Source: Roseivirga sp. | Lineage (GTDB): Bacteria > Bacteroidota > Bacteroidia > Cytophagales > Cyclobacteriaceae | Assembly (NCBI RefSeq): GCF_965216855.1 | Contig: NZ_OZ244204.1 | Location: 60,855 to 84,854, forward strand | Direction of reading: 5' to 3' | Length of the DNA stretch: 24,000 nucleotides | In this document: in pieces, positions 1-8,170 of the stretch | How positions within the stretch are numbered: position 1 is the stretch's first letter | Layout: every line of letters begins with the position of its first letter | Position numbers and translations under genes: made by a program | The notes under the pieces: model-generated | What the model was told of the DNA's origin: nothing | The model's database searches: none | The model's input: only the letters and a program-made list of their open reading frames with translations

Positions 1-1013
1 GGTGACCATTCAACTGCATAGGTATGATAGGTATTAGCCATATCCTCAACTTCGGTGGTAGCTGTAATCTGAGTACCTTCTTTGAAATAGTATCTTCTGG
101 TGTGACATGAGGCATGGTTAATACCGTTCCCAGATTCATCATCAATTTCGTTACCCACGCACTCTAATATATCTACCTCGCCACAATAGGGCCATGACAA
201 TTCGTCTCTGTAATCATCACCCAATAGCCAACCGGCAGCCCATGTGCCATTAGTAGCCGGTACTTTGGCTCTGAATTCAATCTTACCATAAAGGAAGCTG
301 ATTTTACCTCTGGTGGTCAACCTGGCTGAGGTCCAGGCCTGATTCATGTCATTTTTATGAGCTTCAATGATCAGGTTACCATTTTCAACCCTGGCATTTT
401 CTAAACGGGCTTTGGTATAGTACTGAGGTTCATTATTACCCCATCCCCAGTTACCGATATCATAAGTCCATTTCAGGCTATCCGGTAAACCTTCACCCTC
501 AAATTCATCGGACCATACTATTTGCCAGCTTTCTCCTTCGGTCGATTGTTCCATGCTGACTGGAGTAATCTGGTGATCGACCATCTTCGTCAACAGAACC
601 TTGTCAATCTTCAGCCCTTTACCTTGAGCATGTAATTTAAAATCATGATTTCCGGCATTTAAAGGGCTACCGTCTATCGTTTTCTCTTCAATCTGCTGGC
701 TGTTGAAGTTCATATTACCCGTAATATTATAGGTCCTGCCATCTTCATTGTTGTGGTAGTCTTCCAGCCAGATGGTGCCTTCTCCCGATGCCATAACCCG
801 AACCTCATAACGTCCTGCTTTTATGACGTCAAGCTTAAAGGTTAGTTCCGCCTCATTTTGGTTCAGACTTAGTATATCTGATGATTTAGACCAGGAAGCC
901 ACATCATAAGCCAGGTCTTCTAATTCTATGGTATAGTCAGCTTCTGTCAGCTTTTCTGACTGACAAGCTGAAAACAAGAACAGAGCAAGCAAAAGGGAGA
1001 TATAGTTTTTCAT
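1..1013 (-). CDS. GH16 beta-1,3-glucanase (laminarinase-like) lipoprotein with an N-terminal CBM6/35-like module; the 3' end runs off the window
   Basis: Absent from the ORF track because it runs off the window edge. Hand translation of the minus strand from ATG 1013..1011 gives MKNYISLLLALFLFSACQSEKLTEADYTIELEDLAYDV (signal peptide + lipobox LFSAC). Later, in the same frame, come VLLTKMVDHQITPVSMEQSTEGESWQIVWSDEFEGEGLPD, SLKWTYDIGNWGWGNNEPQYYT and LSWPYCGEVDILEC (GH16 ExDxxE catalytic motif). The ~140 residues between lipobox and catalytic domain look like a CBM-type beta-sandwich (inference). The start codon shares one base with the MFS stop (TGATG). Confidence 0.85.
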   Translation of the reverse strand, partial: MKNYISLLLALFLFSACQSEKLTEADYTIELEDLAYDVASWSKSSDILSLNQNEAELTFKLDVIKAGRYEVRVMASGEGTIWLEDYHNNEDGRTYNITGNMNFNSQQIEEKTIDGSPLNAGNHDFKLHAQGKGLKIDKVLLTKMVDHQITPVSMEQSTEGESWQIVWSDEFEGEGLPDSLKWTYDIGNWGWGNNEPQYYTKARLENARVENGNLIIEAHKNDMNQAWTSARLTTRGKISFLYGKIEFRAKVPATNGTWAAGWLLGDDYRDELSWPYCGEVDILECVGNEIDDESGNGINHASCHTRRYYFKEGTQITATTEVEDMANTYHTYAVEWS

Positions 1014-2575
1014 CAGTTTTTGATTAGAATGGATTCCAGTTCTTCGAGACTTCTGCCTTTTGTTTCAGGCAATTTAATGAAGATATAAATGAGGCCTACT
1101 GCGGCCAGAATACCGTAGATCAGGAAAGTAGGTGCACTACCTATAGTACTGAGTTCCCATGGAAAGAGGAACTGAACCAATGCACTGACTGCAGAATTCA
1201 AAAAGCCTACGGCTGATATAGCCAGTCCACGGATCTTCAACGGAAATAGTTCTGAGAAGAGCACCCACATAACAGGACCTAGTGATATGGCAAAGGAAGC
1301 CACAAAGCCAATGATTCCGATTAGAATCAATGTAGGGTTCATATCAATGGCTGCAGTAATGAGTTCTGACTCATAAGCTTTAGCCGCCTGATCACCCAAT
1401 TGTTTTCTTAAAGCTTCTTTATAGATCACATCATTGGCAAAAGATTGTCCATCTAAAAGATACAGCGCCTCTTTATTTATGTCATCTGAAAGCACCTCAA
1501 TCTTGTCTTTCGAGAGGCTGTAATTAGCAGAGTTGAAGCCATAGGCCAGCACGAACATAAAGATAGCGATGCCTGCCACACCAATCATGAGTAATGGTTT
1601 TCTGCCTAATCGGTCAATAAGAGCCATGGCCAGAATGGTAAAGACCAGGTTGGTCAGTCCCACCAGAATAGCCTGTATAAACGATGCATCTGTACCAATG
1701 CCAGACTGTTCGAATATCATTGGAGCATAGAAGAATACGGAGTTGATACCGGTAATCTGTTGCAGAACTCCAATGACAATTCCGATGGTCAGCACCAGTT
1801 TGAAGGCCGGTTTGAATAGTTCTTTGATAGGCGTTCTCTTCTTCCTGGTATCAGACTTCAGCGCTTCTTTAATCGATTTGATATCAGTTTCTGTGCGTTC
1901 TGCGCTGGTAAATTTGAGCATAACCGCTCTGGCTTCTTCCTCGCGCTGTTTCATTATGAGCCATCTCGGGCTTCTGGGAACAGCATACAATCCGAAGAAA
2001 TAAAGGACAGCAGGTAAGGCTTCCACTCCCAGCATCCAACGCCAGTTGTGTTCAGCTAAGCCTAATTGGCTTACCCAGGCAGCATCAGAATCTGAAAAAG
2101 AGAGGATCAAGTAATTACTAAAAAAGGCCAGTGAAATACCGACCACAATATTAAGCTGATTGAAGGATACCAGCTTACCGCGTGATTCAGGTGGGGCTAC
2201 CTCAGCAATATACATAGGTGCCAGAATCAGAGAAGCGCCAACACCTATTCCTCCCAACATTCTAAAGATCAGAAATAGGGTGAAGTTCGGAGCCAAAGCA
2301 CTGCCCACAGCAGATATGGTGAAAATAACAGCACAGTATTTAAGCAATACTCTTCTGCCATAGCGGTCGCTAAGTGGTCCTGATACCATCATAGCCAATG
2401 CGGCTACTATTGTCAATGAACTTACAGAGAAGCCCAGTTCGAGATCTGTCAGCTGAAAATCAAGCTGAACGAACTTGTTTACACCGCTGATTACGGAGGC
2501 ATCGAAGCCCATGAGTAAGCCACCCAGGGCCACAATTGCGGCTACCTGAGTGGTATATCTTGATTGTTTTTTCAT
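1013..2575 (-). CDS. Sugar-porter family MFS transporter (12 TM) with an extra ~65-aa hydrophilic loop
   Basis: ORF track, 520 aa, ATG at 2575. Sugar-porter signatures present: DRYGRRVLL after TM2, PRSPRWL (PESPR motif), LPETKGRSLEELE (PETKG motif). Residues ~348-413 between TM9 and TM10 form an atypical hydrophilic insertion. Confidence 0.9.
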   Translation of the reverse strand: MKKQSRYTTQVAAIVALGGLLMGFDASVISGVNKFVQLDFQLTDLELGFSVSSLTIVAALAMMVSGPLSDRYGRRVLLKYCAVIFTISAVGSALAPNFTLFLIFRMLGGIGVGASLILAPMYIAEVAPPESRGKLVSFNQLNIVVGISLAFFSNYLILSFSDSDAAWVSQLGLAEHNWRWMLGVEALPAVLYFFGLYAVPRSPRWLIMKQREEEARAVMLKFTSAERTETDIKSIKEALKSDTRKKRTPIKELFKPAFKLVLTIGIVIGVLQQITGINSVFFYAPMIFEQSGIGTDASFIQAILVGLTNLVFTILAMALIDRLGRKPLLMIGVAGIAIFMFVLAYGFNSANYSLSKDKIEVLSDDINKEALYLLDGQSFANDVIYKEALRKQLGDQAAKAYESELITAAIDMNPTLILIGIIGFVASFAISLGPVMWVLFSELFPLKIRGLAISAVGFLNSAVSALVQFLFPWELSTIGSAPTFLIYGILAAVGLIYIFIKLPETKGRSLEELESILIKN

Positions 2576-2601
2576 GGCAGGCTGGTTGGTTTAAGACAGA
2601 G

Positions 2602-3450
2602 TTAGTCGAACTGAAAAACCCTGATATAGTCCACGATGAAATGCTGTGGGAAAGTGGTGGTATTATCCGGATTGCCCGGTAAGTTTCCTCCAACCGCCAG
2701 GTTCATGATAAAGAAAAAGTTGTTTCTGAATTCGTCTAATTCAGCCGGAGTGGTATCGATTACATGATATTGCTGATTATCGACATACCATTTAATGCTT
2801 GATTCATCCCAGATGATTGAGAAGACGTGATAAGTGTCATGGAATGATCCGAAAGGCAAGGTTCTTGAACCACCGAATTCAGCGTGCTGTCCATTATCTG
2901 ACCAGTGCACTGTACCAAGAACAGTGTTTTCACGACCGTTCCCTCCTACCATCTCCATAATGTCTATTTCTCCGCAAGCTGGCCAGCCTACGGTATTAAA
3001 GTTGGATCCCAGCATCCAAAGTGCGGGCCACATGCCCTGACCTTCCGGCAAAGAAGCACGGATATCTACGCGACCGTATTGAAAGTCGAACTTGTTCTGG
3101 GTGATGATTCTGGAAGAGGTATAGCTTCTTCCATTCAATGTCTCTCTCTTGGCGGTAATGACAAGGTTCCCTTCAACAATACTGGTATTGTTTTCTGTGT
3201 AGTATTGAAGCTCATTATTACCCCAACCGTTGTTTCCCGTTCCTATTTCATAAGACCAGTTCGAAGAATTAAGTGTAGTACCATCGAATTCATCTTGCCA
3301 GACCAAACTCATATTAGTATAGCTTAAAGGCGAATCGGGGCCTTCTGAAGGAATAATACTTACTTCTTCAGGTGTTTCATCTTCTCCACCACCGCAGGCA
3401 AACACAGACGCTGCAATGATCAATATTAAGGCTTTGGTGAGCTTTCTCAT
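2602..3450 (-). CDS. GH16 endo-beta-1,3(4)-glucanase (laminarinase-type) lipoprotein
   Basis: ORF track, 282 aa, ATG at 3450. Lipobox ASVFACGGG. GWGNNELQYYT and ACGEIDIMEM (ExDxxE) motifs are typical of GH16 laminarinases. Confidence 0.9.
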   Translation of the reverse strand: MRKLTKALILIIAASVFACGGGEDETPEEVSIIPSEGPDSPLSYTNMSLVWQDEFDGTTLNSSNWSYEIGTGNNGWGNNELQYYTENNTSIVEGNLVITAKRETLNGRSYTSSRIITQNKFDFQYGRVDIRASLPEGQGMWPALWMLGSNFNTVGWPACGEIDIMEMVGGNGRENTVLGTVHWSDNGQHAEFGGSRTLPFGSFHDTYHVFSIIWDESSIKWYVDNQQYHVIDTTPAELDEFRNNFFFIMNLAVGGNLPGNPDNTTTFPQHFIVDYIRVFQFD

Positions 3451-3467
3451 TTGTGTTCGGTTTAAAT

Positions 3468-3498
3468 AGGCAAGCCGTCTGTTAAGAGCAGCTTGCCT
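3468..3498 (-). terminator. Inter-cistronic hairpin (weak terminator, attenuator or processing site)
   Basis: aggcaagc (3468-3475) pairs with gcttgcct (3491-3498): a perfect 8-bp stem with a 15-nt loop, starting 9 nt after the stop of the lipoprotein gene on the minus-strand transcript. It is followed by ATTTAAA rather than a clean U-run. Confidence 0.25.
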
Positions 3499-3507
3499 GA
3501 GTGAGTC

Positions 3508-4095
3508 TTATTGAATTTCCAACAGGAATGTCCAGAATACTCCGGAACCTGCCTCAACAATTAATTTCATTTTTCTGCTTGTTCCTTCACCAGTGAATTC
3601 TGCTACTGAGTAAGTAATAGCTGAAGGTACCTCTACGTTTGGCAACTCACCTTGATTGTTCACCTTAGCAAGACCTACATGAGCACCATTACCAGTTAAA
3701 GTCAATGTTCCGGCAGTTTCATCAAATGCATACGTGAAAGAACCACCGGCATGAGGAGCGACAGGAGAACCACAACCTTCTTCGTTAACACCTTGCCAGG
3801 TTTCTAACCAGGTTTGTGCACCCATAGCTATTTCGAAAGTTCCATCTTCATTAAAGGTGTAAGTGTCATCGAATAAACAGGCACGTGTGTTTACATCATC
3901 AGCGGTGTTAAACCACCAGTCTGCACTACCGGCAGAAGGGCCAACAGCCAGGGCACCGGCCACAGGTTGAAGCTTCCAGGTACCAACAATAGGATCTGGC
4001 TCTTCAACAGGAGTTTCGTCATCTGAGTCATTGTCACATGCTACAAAGAGTAGCGCGGGGATCAGCAATAAGCCGAAGATAAATTTGTTTTTCAT
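3508..4095 (-). CDS. Small secreted lipoprotein of unknown function; candidate beta-glucan-binding protein
   Basis: The ORF track entry 3508..4116 starts at a TTG. The in-frame ATG at 4095 gives MKNKFIFGLLLIPALLFVAC followed by DNDSDDETPVEEPD, a classic lipoprotein signal plus acidic linker. I recognise no catalytic motif. It is the first gene of the GH16/MFS operon. The pattern GTWKLQPVAGALAVGP...WWFNTADDVNTRACLFDDTYTFNEDGTF recalls uncharacterised modules in marine Bacteroidota laminarin loci (unverified recollection). Confidence 0.7.
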   Translation of the reverse strand: MKNKFIFGLLLIPALLFVACDNDSDDETPVEEPDPIVGTWKLQPVAGALAVGPSAGSADWWFNTADDVNTRACLFDDTYTFNEDGTFEIAMGAQTWLETWQGVNEEGCGSPVAPHAGGSFTYAFDETAGTLTLTGNGAHVGLAKVNNQGELPNVEVPSAITYSVAEFTGEGTSRKMKLIVEAGSGVFWTFLLEIQ

Positions 4096-4254
4096 AGCGT
4101 TTTGTTTTGATCCCAAGGTGAAGGATGATTGACAACCGTCCTAAAATAACGCCACGTCAATAACTCATCAGTTACCCGAAATTTACTACATCAAAAATTC
4201 ATCAATCCATCAGAAATAGCTGTTTATTAGATAGATATAGCTATTATTGAATTT

Positions 4255-4262
4255 CAAACTTA
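4255..4262 (-). promoter_or_regulatory. Possible Bacteroidota -7 promoter box (TAAGTTTG on the minus strand) for the laminarin operon
   Basis: Plus-strand CAAACTTA at 4255-4262 is TAAGTTTG on the minus strand, an exact match to the TAnnTTTG -7 consensus. It is the only exact match I found in this 178-bp divergent intergenic region. It would give a ~130-nt leader. Confidence 0.25.
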
Positions 4263-4294
4263 TCATCAGTTTAATTTATTGATTACATCAGTTT

Positions 4295-7153
4295 ATGATT
4301 GGCATGCGCAGTTTATTACTCTCCATACTGGTATTAATATTGGCAAGCTCTGACCTTCAAGGCCAACGCGGCTTACCCTTTATCTATAACTATGGATCGG
4401 ATGATTACTCTGCTGGTATTCAAAACTGGGACATCTCACAGGACGATCAGGGTCGCATGTTTATCGCCAATAATTTCGGGCTGCTAATTTTCGATGGACA
4501 GAACTGGAGTCTGGTGAATACTGCGGATGGTACCAAGCTGAGAGCAGTTATGGCAATGGACGAAAGGATTTATGCCGGGTACCAGAAGAACTTTGGGTAT
4601 TACGAGCCTAATGACTTAGGACAATTGCAGTTTATTTCCCTGGCAGACTCTCTGCCCTCTCAATACAGGGATTTCGATGAAATCTGGAAAATCTATACGG
4701 TTGATGAATCCATTTACTTCTGTGGTTTCGACTACATATTCAAGTATTCAGCCGGCAAGATTGAAACGTCTGATCCGAATGCCAATCTGGAAATCACCTT
4801 TCTAAACCAAAGAGAGCTTTATGTACAGGTCTGGGAAAAAGGGCTAACGATTCTCAGAGATAATGAGTTTGAATTAATCCCCAACGGAGAGTTCTTCGCT
4901 GACAAGAGAATCTCGGGTATTATACCCCTGGACAAGAACAGCCTGTTGATCTCCTGTTTTAACGAGGGTCTGTTCACCTACAGTAACGGCCAGTTATCAT
5001 CATTTAAGACTCAGGCAGAATTACCTTATAAGTCGCTCATTGTGAATGCCATGCTGCGTTTGAAGAACGGAGATATTGCTATCGGCACACAAAACAATGG
5101 TTTGATGATTATTGACAAAGACGGTAACATGAAGTCAAACCTGAATAAACTCAGAGGCCTTATCGATAACACCGTCAATTCTATGTTTGAGGATAGTCAG
5201 GGCAATCTGTGGCTCTCCATGAACAACGGCATCTCCAGAATTGCGGTCACCTCCCCTTTCTCTATTATCGATTATCGACTCGGGATTAACGGAGCCGGTT
5301 ATGCGGCCTTAAGCAGAGATGAAGGTATTTATTTAGGTACGAACAATGGCCTTTATCTCCTTCAGAATGGACAGTCAGAATTGATTCCAGGCAGTGAAGG
5401 ACAGGTTTACTCCATACAGGAGCTTGATGGAAACTTATTGGTAGGTCATCATAATGGTCCAATGCTTATCCGCAATGGCAGAGCAGAGTTATTGAATGAT
5501 GAAAAAGGCGCATGGCTATTCCGGTCCATTCCAAATCGGCCCAATGAGTATTTGATTGGCACCTACCTGGGCCTGAGGAAGCTAACCCAAAGCGGTAACC
5601 GCTGGACCGTCTCCCCCATCCGCGGCTTCGATGAATCTTCGAGGGTAATGCATTTTGAAGGCAACCATTTATGGGTAACTCAGGGCTATAAGGGTGCCTT
5701 TAAGCTGACTTTTAATGAAGAGTATTCCAGCGTAGAAACTACGGAACTCTACAACAGCAACAAGGGCTTCCCTACCGATATTCTCATCAATGTTTTCGAT
5801 ATAGGTAATCAACTGATCTTCGGGTCAGAGACAGGAGTCTATGAGTACAAACAGGCTACTGATCACTTTGAAAGAGCTTCAACACTGAATACAGCCATGG
5901 GTGAAGAAGTGGCCCTGGTTGACCTGGACAATGATGAATTAGGCAACATCTATTATATAGCCAGTGATGCGATAGGCAAGCTTATGCCTGAATCAGGTAC
6001 TGGTTACGAGAATCAGACCAATACCTTCAATACCATCCTCAACCTATGGAATGATGATCTTGGCAATATTCAGGTACTGAATGCAGAACATGTCTTAATT
6101 GGTGCAAGGGAAGGTTTTATTCATTACAGCCCAGCCCTTGATCTGCCCCTGAATGAATCTTTTACCATTCAGTTCAAAGAAATTCAATTAAACAATAAGA
6201 AAGACTCATTGCTCTATGCCGGTTTTGGTGATCTGCTTCAGAATGGTGTGAATCTCCCATTCAGGTTCAATAACATCACCTTTGAATATGCTGCCACTCA
6301 CTTTGCTTCAGAAAATCAGGTAGAGTATGCTTACAGGTTGCTGAACTTTGGAGAAGAATGGTCTCAATGGACAAATGATGCCAAACAGACCTTTACCAAT
6401 TTGTATGAAGGTGAATATAAGTTTGAAGTGAAAGCCAGAAACGTCTATGGTCAGGAGTCAGCCCCTATTAGTTTTGAGTTTGAGGTGAAGCCTCCTATCT
6501 ATCGTACCAGAGCTGCCTATGCCTTCTATACCCTTGGTATATTATCGTTGCTGTTCATGGGTTTCAAAACCCTTGATTACAGACACAAGCAGGAAAAAGC
6601 GGAGCTGGAAGACTCCAAAAACAAACTTATCAACCAGAAGGAAGAAGAAATCAGAACTGTTTCTGAGAAGAGTGAGGCAGAGATTGTTCAGCTGAAAAAT
6701 GACAAGCTGCAAACTGAGTTGAAACTGAAGAACCAGGCCCTCACCTCTTCGGCCATGAACCTCATTCAGAAGAACCAGCTACTGAACCAGATCAAGAACA
6801 CGCTGAAATCACTATCGGACGATGATCAGGAAAAGGGAGCTAAACAAAAGCTCCAGCGGATTGTAAAATCCATTGATCGCGATCTATCGGCATCTGAAGA
6901 ATGGCAACAGTTCGAAGAGCATTTCGATCAGGTACATGGTCAGTTCATTACAAGGCTCAAGAAAGCCTATCCTGATCTTACCCCGCAAGAGCTAAAATTC
7001 AGTGCTTATCTTCGAATGAACCTGAACACAAAGGAAATGGCCAATCTGCTAAACATCTCAGTAAGAGGCGTAGAAATTGGCCGATATCGAGTTCGTAAAA
7101 AGCTGGGTCTGGAAAGAAAAGATAACCTCAGTGATTTTATACTGAGGTTCTGA
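4295..7153 (+). CDS. Membrane-spanning one-component regulator: periplasmic beta-propeller/Y_Y_Y sensor, one TM, coiled coil, LuxR/GerE HTH
   Basis: ORF track, 952 aa. N-terminal signal (LLLSILVLILASS). A long repeat-rich region carries the two-component-regulator-propeller pattern. Y_Y_Y domain: VEYAYRLLNFGEEWSQWTNDAKQTFTNLYEGEYKFEVKARNVYGQES. TM: AAYAFYTLGILSLLFMGF. A Lys/Glu/Gln-rich coiled coil follows. C-terminal LuxR HTH: LTPQELKFSAYLRMNLNTKEMANLLNISVRGVEIGRYRVRKKLGL. No HisKA, HATPase or REC motifs are present. Confidence 0.85.
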   Translation: MIGMRSLLLSILVLILASSDLQGQRGLPFIYNYGSDDYSAGIQNWDISQDDQGRMFIANNFGLLIFDGQNWSLVNTADGTKLRAVMAMDERIYAGYQKNFGYYEPNDLGQLQFISLADSLPSQYRDFDEIWKIYTVDESIYFCGFDYIFKYSAGKIETSDPNANLEITFLNQRELYVQVWEKGLTILRDNEFELIPNGEFFADKRISGIIPLDKNSLLISCFNEGLFTYSNGQLSSFKTQAELPYKSLIVNAMLRLKNGDIAIGTQNNGLMIIDKDGNMKSNLNKLRGLIDNTVNSMFEDSQGNLWLSMNNGISRIAVTSPFSIIDYRLGINGAGYAALSRDEGIYLGTNNGLYLLQNGQSELIPGSEGQVYSIQELDGNLLVGHHNGPMLIRNGRAELLNDEKGAWLFRSIPNRPNEYLIGTYLGLRKLTQSGNRWTVSPIRGFDESSRVMHFEGNHLWVTQGYKGAFKLTFNEEYSSVETTELYNSNKGFPTDILINVFDIGNQLIFGSETGVYEYKQATDHFERASTLNTAMGEEVALVDLDNDELGNIYYIASDAIGKLMPESGTGYENQTNTFNTILNLWNDDLGNIQVLNAEHVLIGAREGFIHYSPALDLPLNESFTIQFKEIQLNNKKDSLLYAGFGDLLQNGVNLPFRFNNITFEYAATHFASENQVEYAYRLLNFGEEWSQWTNDAKQTFTNLYEGEYKFEVKARNVYGQESAPISFEFEVKPPIYRTRAAYAFYTLGILSLLFMGFKTLDYRHKQEKAELEDSKNKLINQKEEEIRTVSEKSEAEIVQLKNDKLQTELKLKNQALTSSAMNLIQKNQLLNQIKNTLKSLSDDDQEKGAKQKLQRIVKSIDRDLSASEEWQQFEEHFDQVHGQFITRLKKAYPDLTPQELKFSAYLRMNLNTKEMANLLNISVRGVEIGRYRVRKKLGLERKDNLSDFILRF

Positions 7154-7159
7154 TACTCC

Positions 7160-8167
7160 TTATCTCGATGAATCTCTGATGACTACCCTTGAATCGAACT
7201 TCATGTGTAGCTGATGCTGTGGGATATGTCTTTTCTGAATAACCTTGAACAATAATTCAGCAGCAGCCTCTCCCATCTTAATAGGTTCATGAGTAACGCT
7301 GGTCAGGTTGGGTTCAACAATCTCACAAAGATTGCTATTACCAAAACCTACAACCGACACATCACGCGGAACAGTCAGCCCCATTTTCTTCAGCTTGAGG
7401 ATAGCCTCTACTGCCAGCTCATCACTGAAAGTGAACAAGGCATCTGGTCTGTTCTTAGGGTTCTCAAACATCTTCTCAATGATGGCATCGTGTTTCTCAT
7501 CCGGATTGGTGAATACGACAAAGTCTTCATTAATCTCGTAGTCATAGGTTCTTAAAGCCTCAAGATAGCCCTCATACCGGCTCTTGCTAATACCTAACAG
7601 GCCAGGGCCTCCCAGGTGAGCAATCTTCTTTCTGCCTCTCTTAATAAGGTGCTCAACCGCCTGAAAGCCTCCTGTAAAGTCATTGGCCTCAACCGTAGGA
7701 GTTTCAAAGCCTTCGGCAATTCTATCGAAGAGTACGAAAGGTACATCATAAGCTTCCAGTGTCTCTAAGTGATCGAATTGCTTGGTTTCGCTGGAAATGG
7801 AAAGAATAACGCCTTCCACTTTACAGGAAAGCAGGGATTTGATCTGGTCCAGCTCATCGTGATAATTCTCATTCGACTGACAGATAATGGTATAGTAACC
7901 ATTGTCACTCACCACTTTCTGAATTCCATCGATTGCAGAGGCAAAGAAATTACTGGTGATATGCGGCACCAGGATGCCGATAGAGTTAGAACGCTTAGTT
8001 CTGAGTCCGGCCGCAATGAAGTTGGTCTGATACTTCATTTCTTTGGCCTTTTCAGATACCAGTTTCTTAGTGTCTTCGCTGATATTAGGATGATCATTCA
8101 GCGCCCTCGATACCGTTGAGGGCGAAATGTTCAATGCATTTGCAATGTCTTTTATAGTAATTGCCAT
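7160..8167 (-). CDS. LacI family transcriptional regulator
   Basis: ORF track, 335 aa, ATG at 8167. N-terminal HTH: ITIKDIANALNISPSTVSRALNDHPNISEDTKKLV. A periplasmic-binding-protein-like sugar-binding core follows. Confidence 0.9.
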   Translation of the reverse strand: MAITIKDIANALNISPSTVSRALNDHPNISEDTKKLVSEKAKEMKYQTNFIAAGLRTKRSNSIGILVPHITSNFFASAIDGIQKVVSDNGYYTIICQSNENYHDELDQIKSLLSCKVEGVILSISSETKQFDHLETLEAYDVPFVLFDRIAEGFETPTVEANDFTGGFQAVEHLIKRGRKKIAHLGGPGLLGISKSRYEGYLEALRTYDYEINEDFVVFTNPDEKHDAIIEKMFENPKNRPDALFTFSDELAVEAILKLKKMGLTVPRDVSVVGFGNSNLCEIVEPNLTSVTHEPIKMGEAAAELLFKVIQKRHIPQHQLHMKFDSRVVIRDSSR

Positions 8168-8170
8168 AGT

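Noticed and set aside
1743-3327. Track ORFs 1743..2003(+), 2160..2363(+), 2460..2693(-), 2834..3040(+) and 2905..3327(+)
   Set aside because: All lie inside or antisense to the well-supported MFS and GH16 genes. Their translations are low-complexity or Cys/Pro/Ser-rich shadow frames with no motifs.
3468-3498. The hairpin as a strong rho-independent terminator splitting the laminarin operon
   Set aside because: The stem is only 8 bp with a 15-nt loop and no trailing U-tract. It is kept as a low-confidence feature, and the four genes are still treated as one operon.
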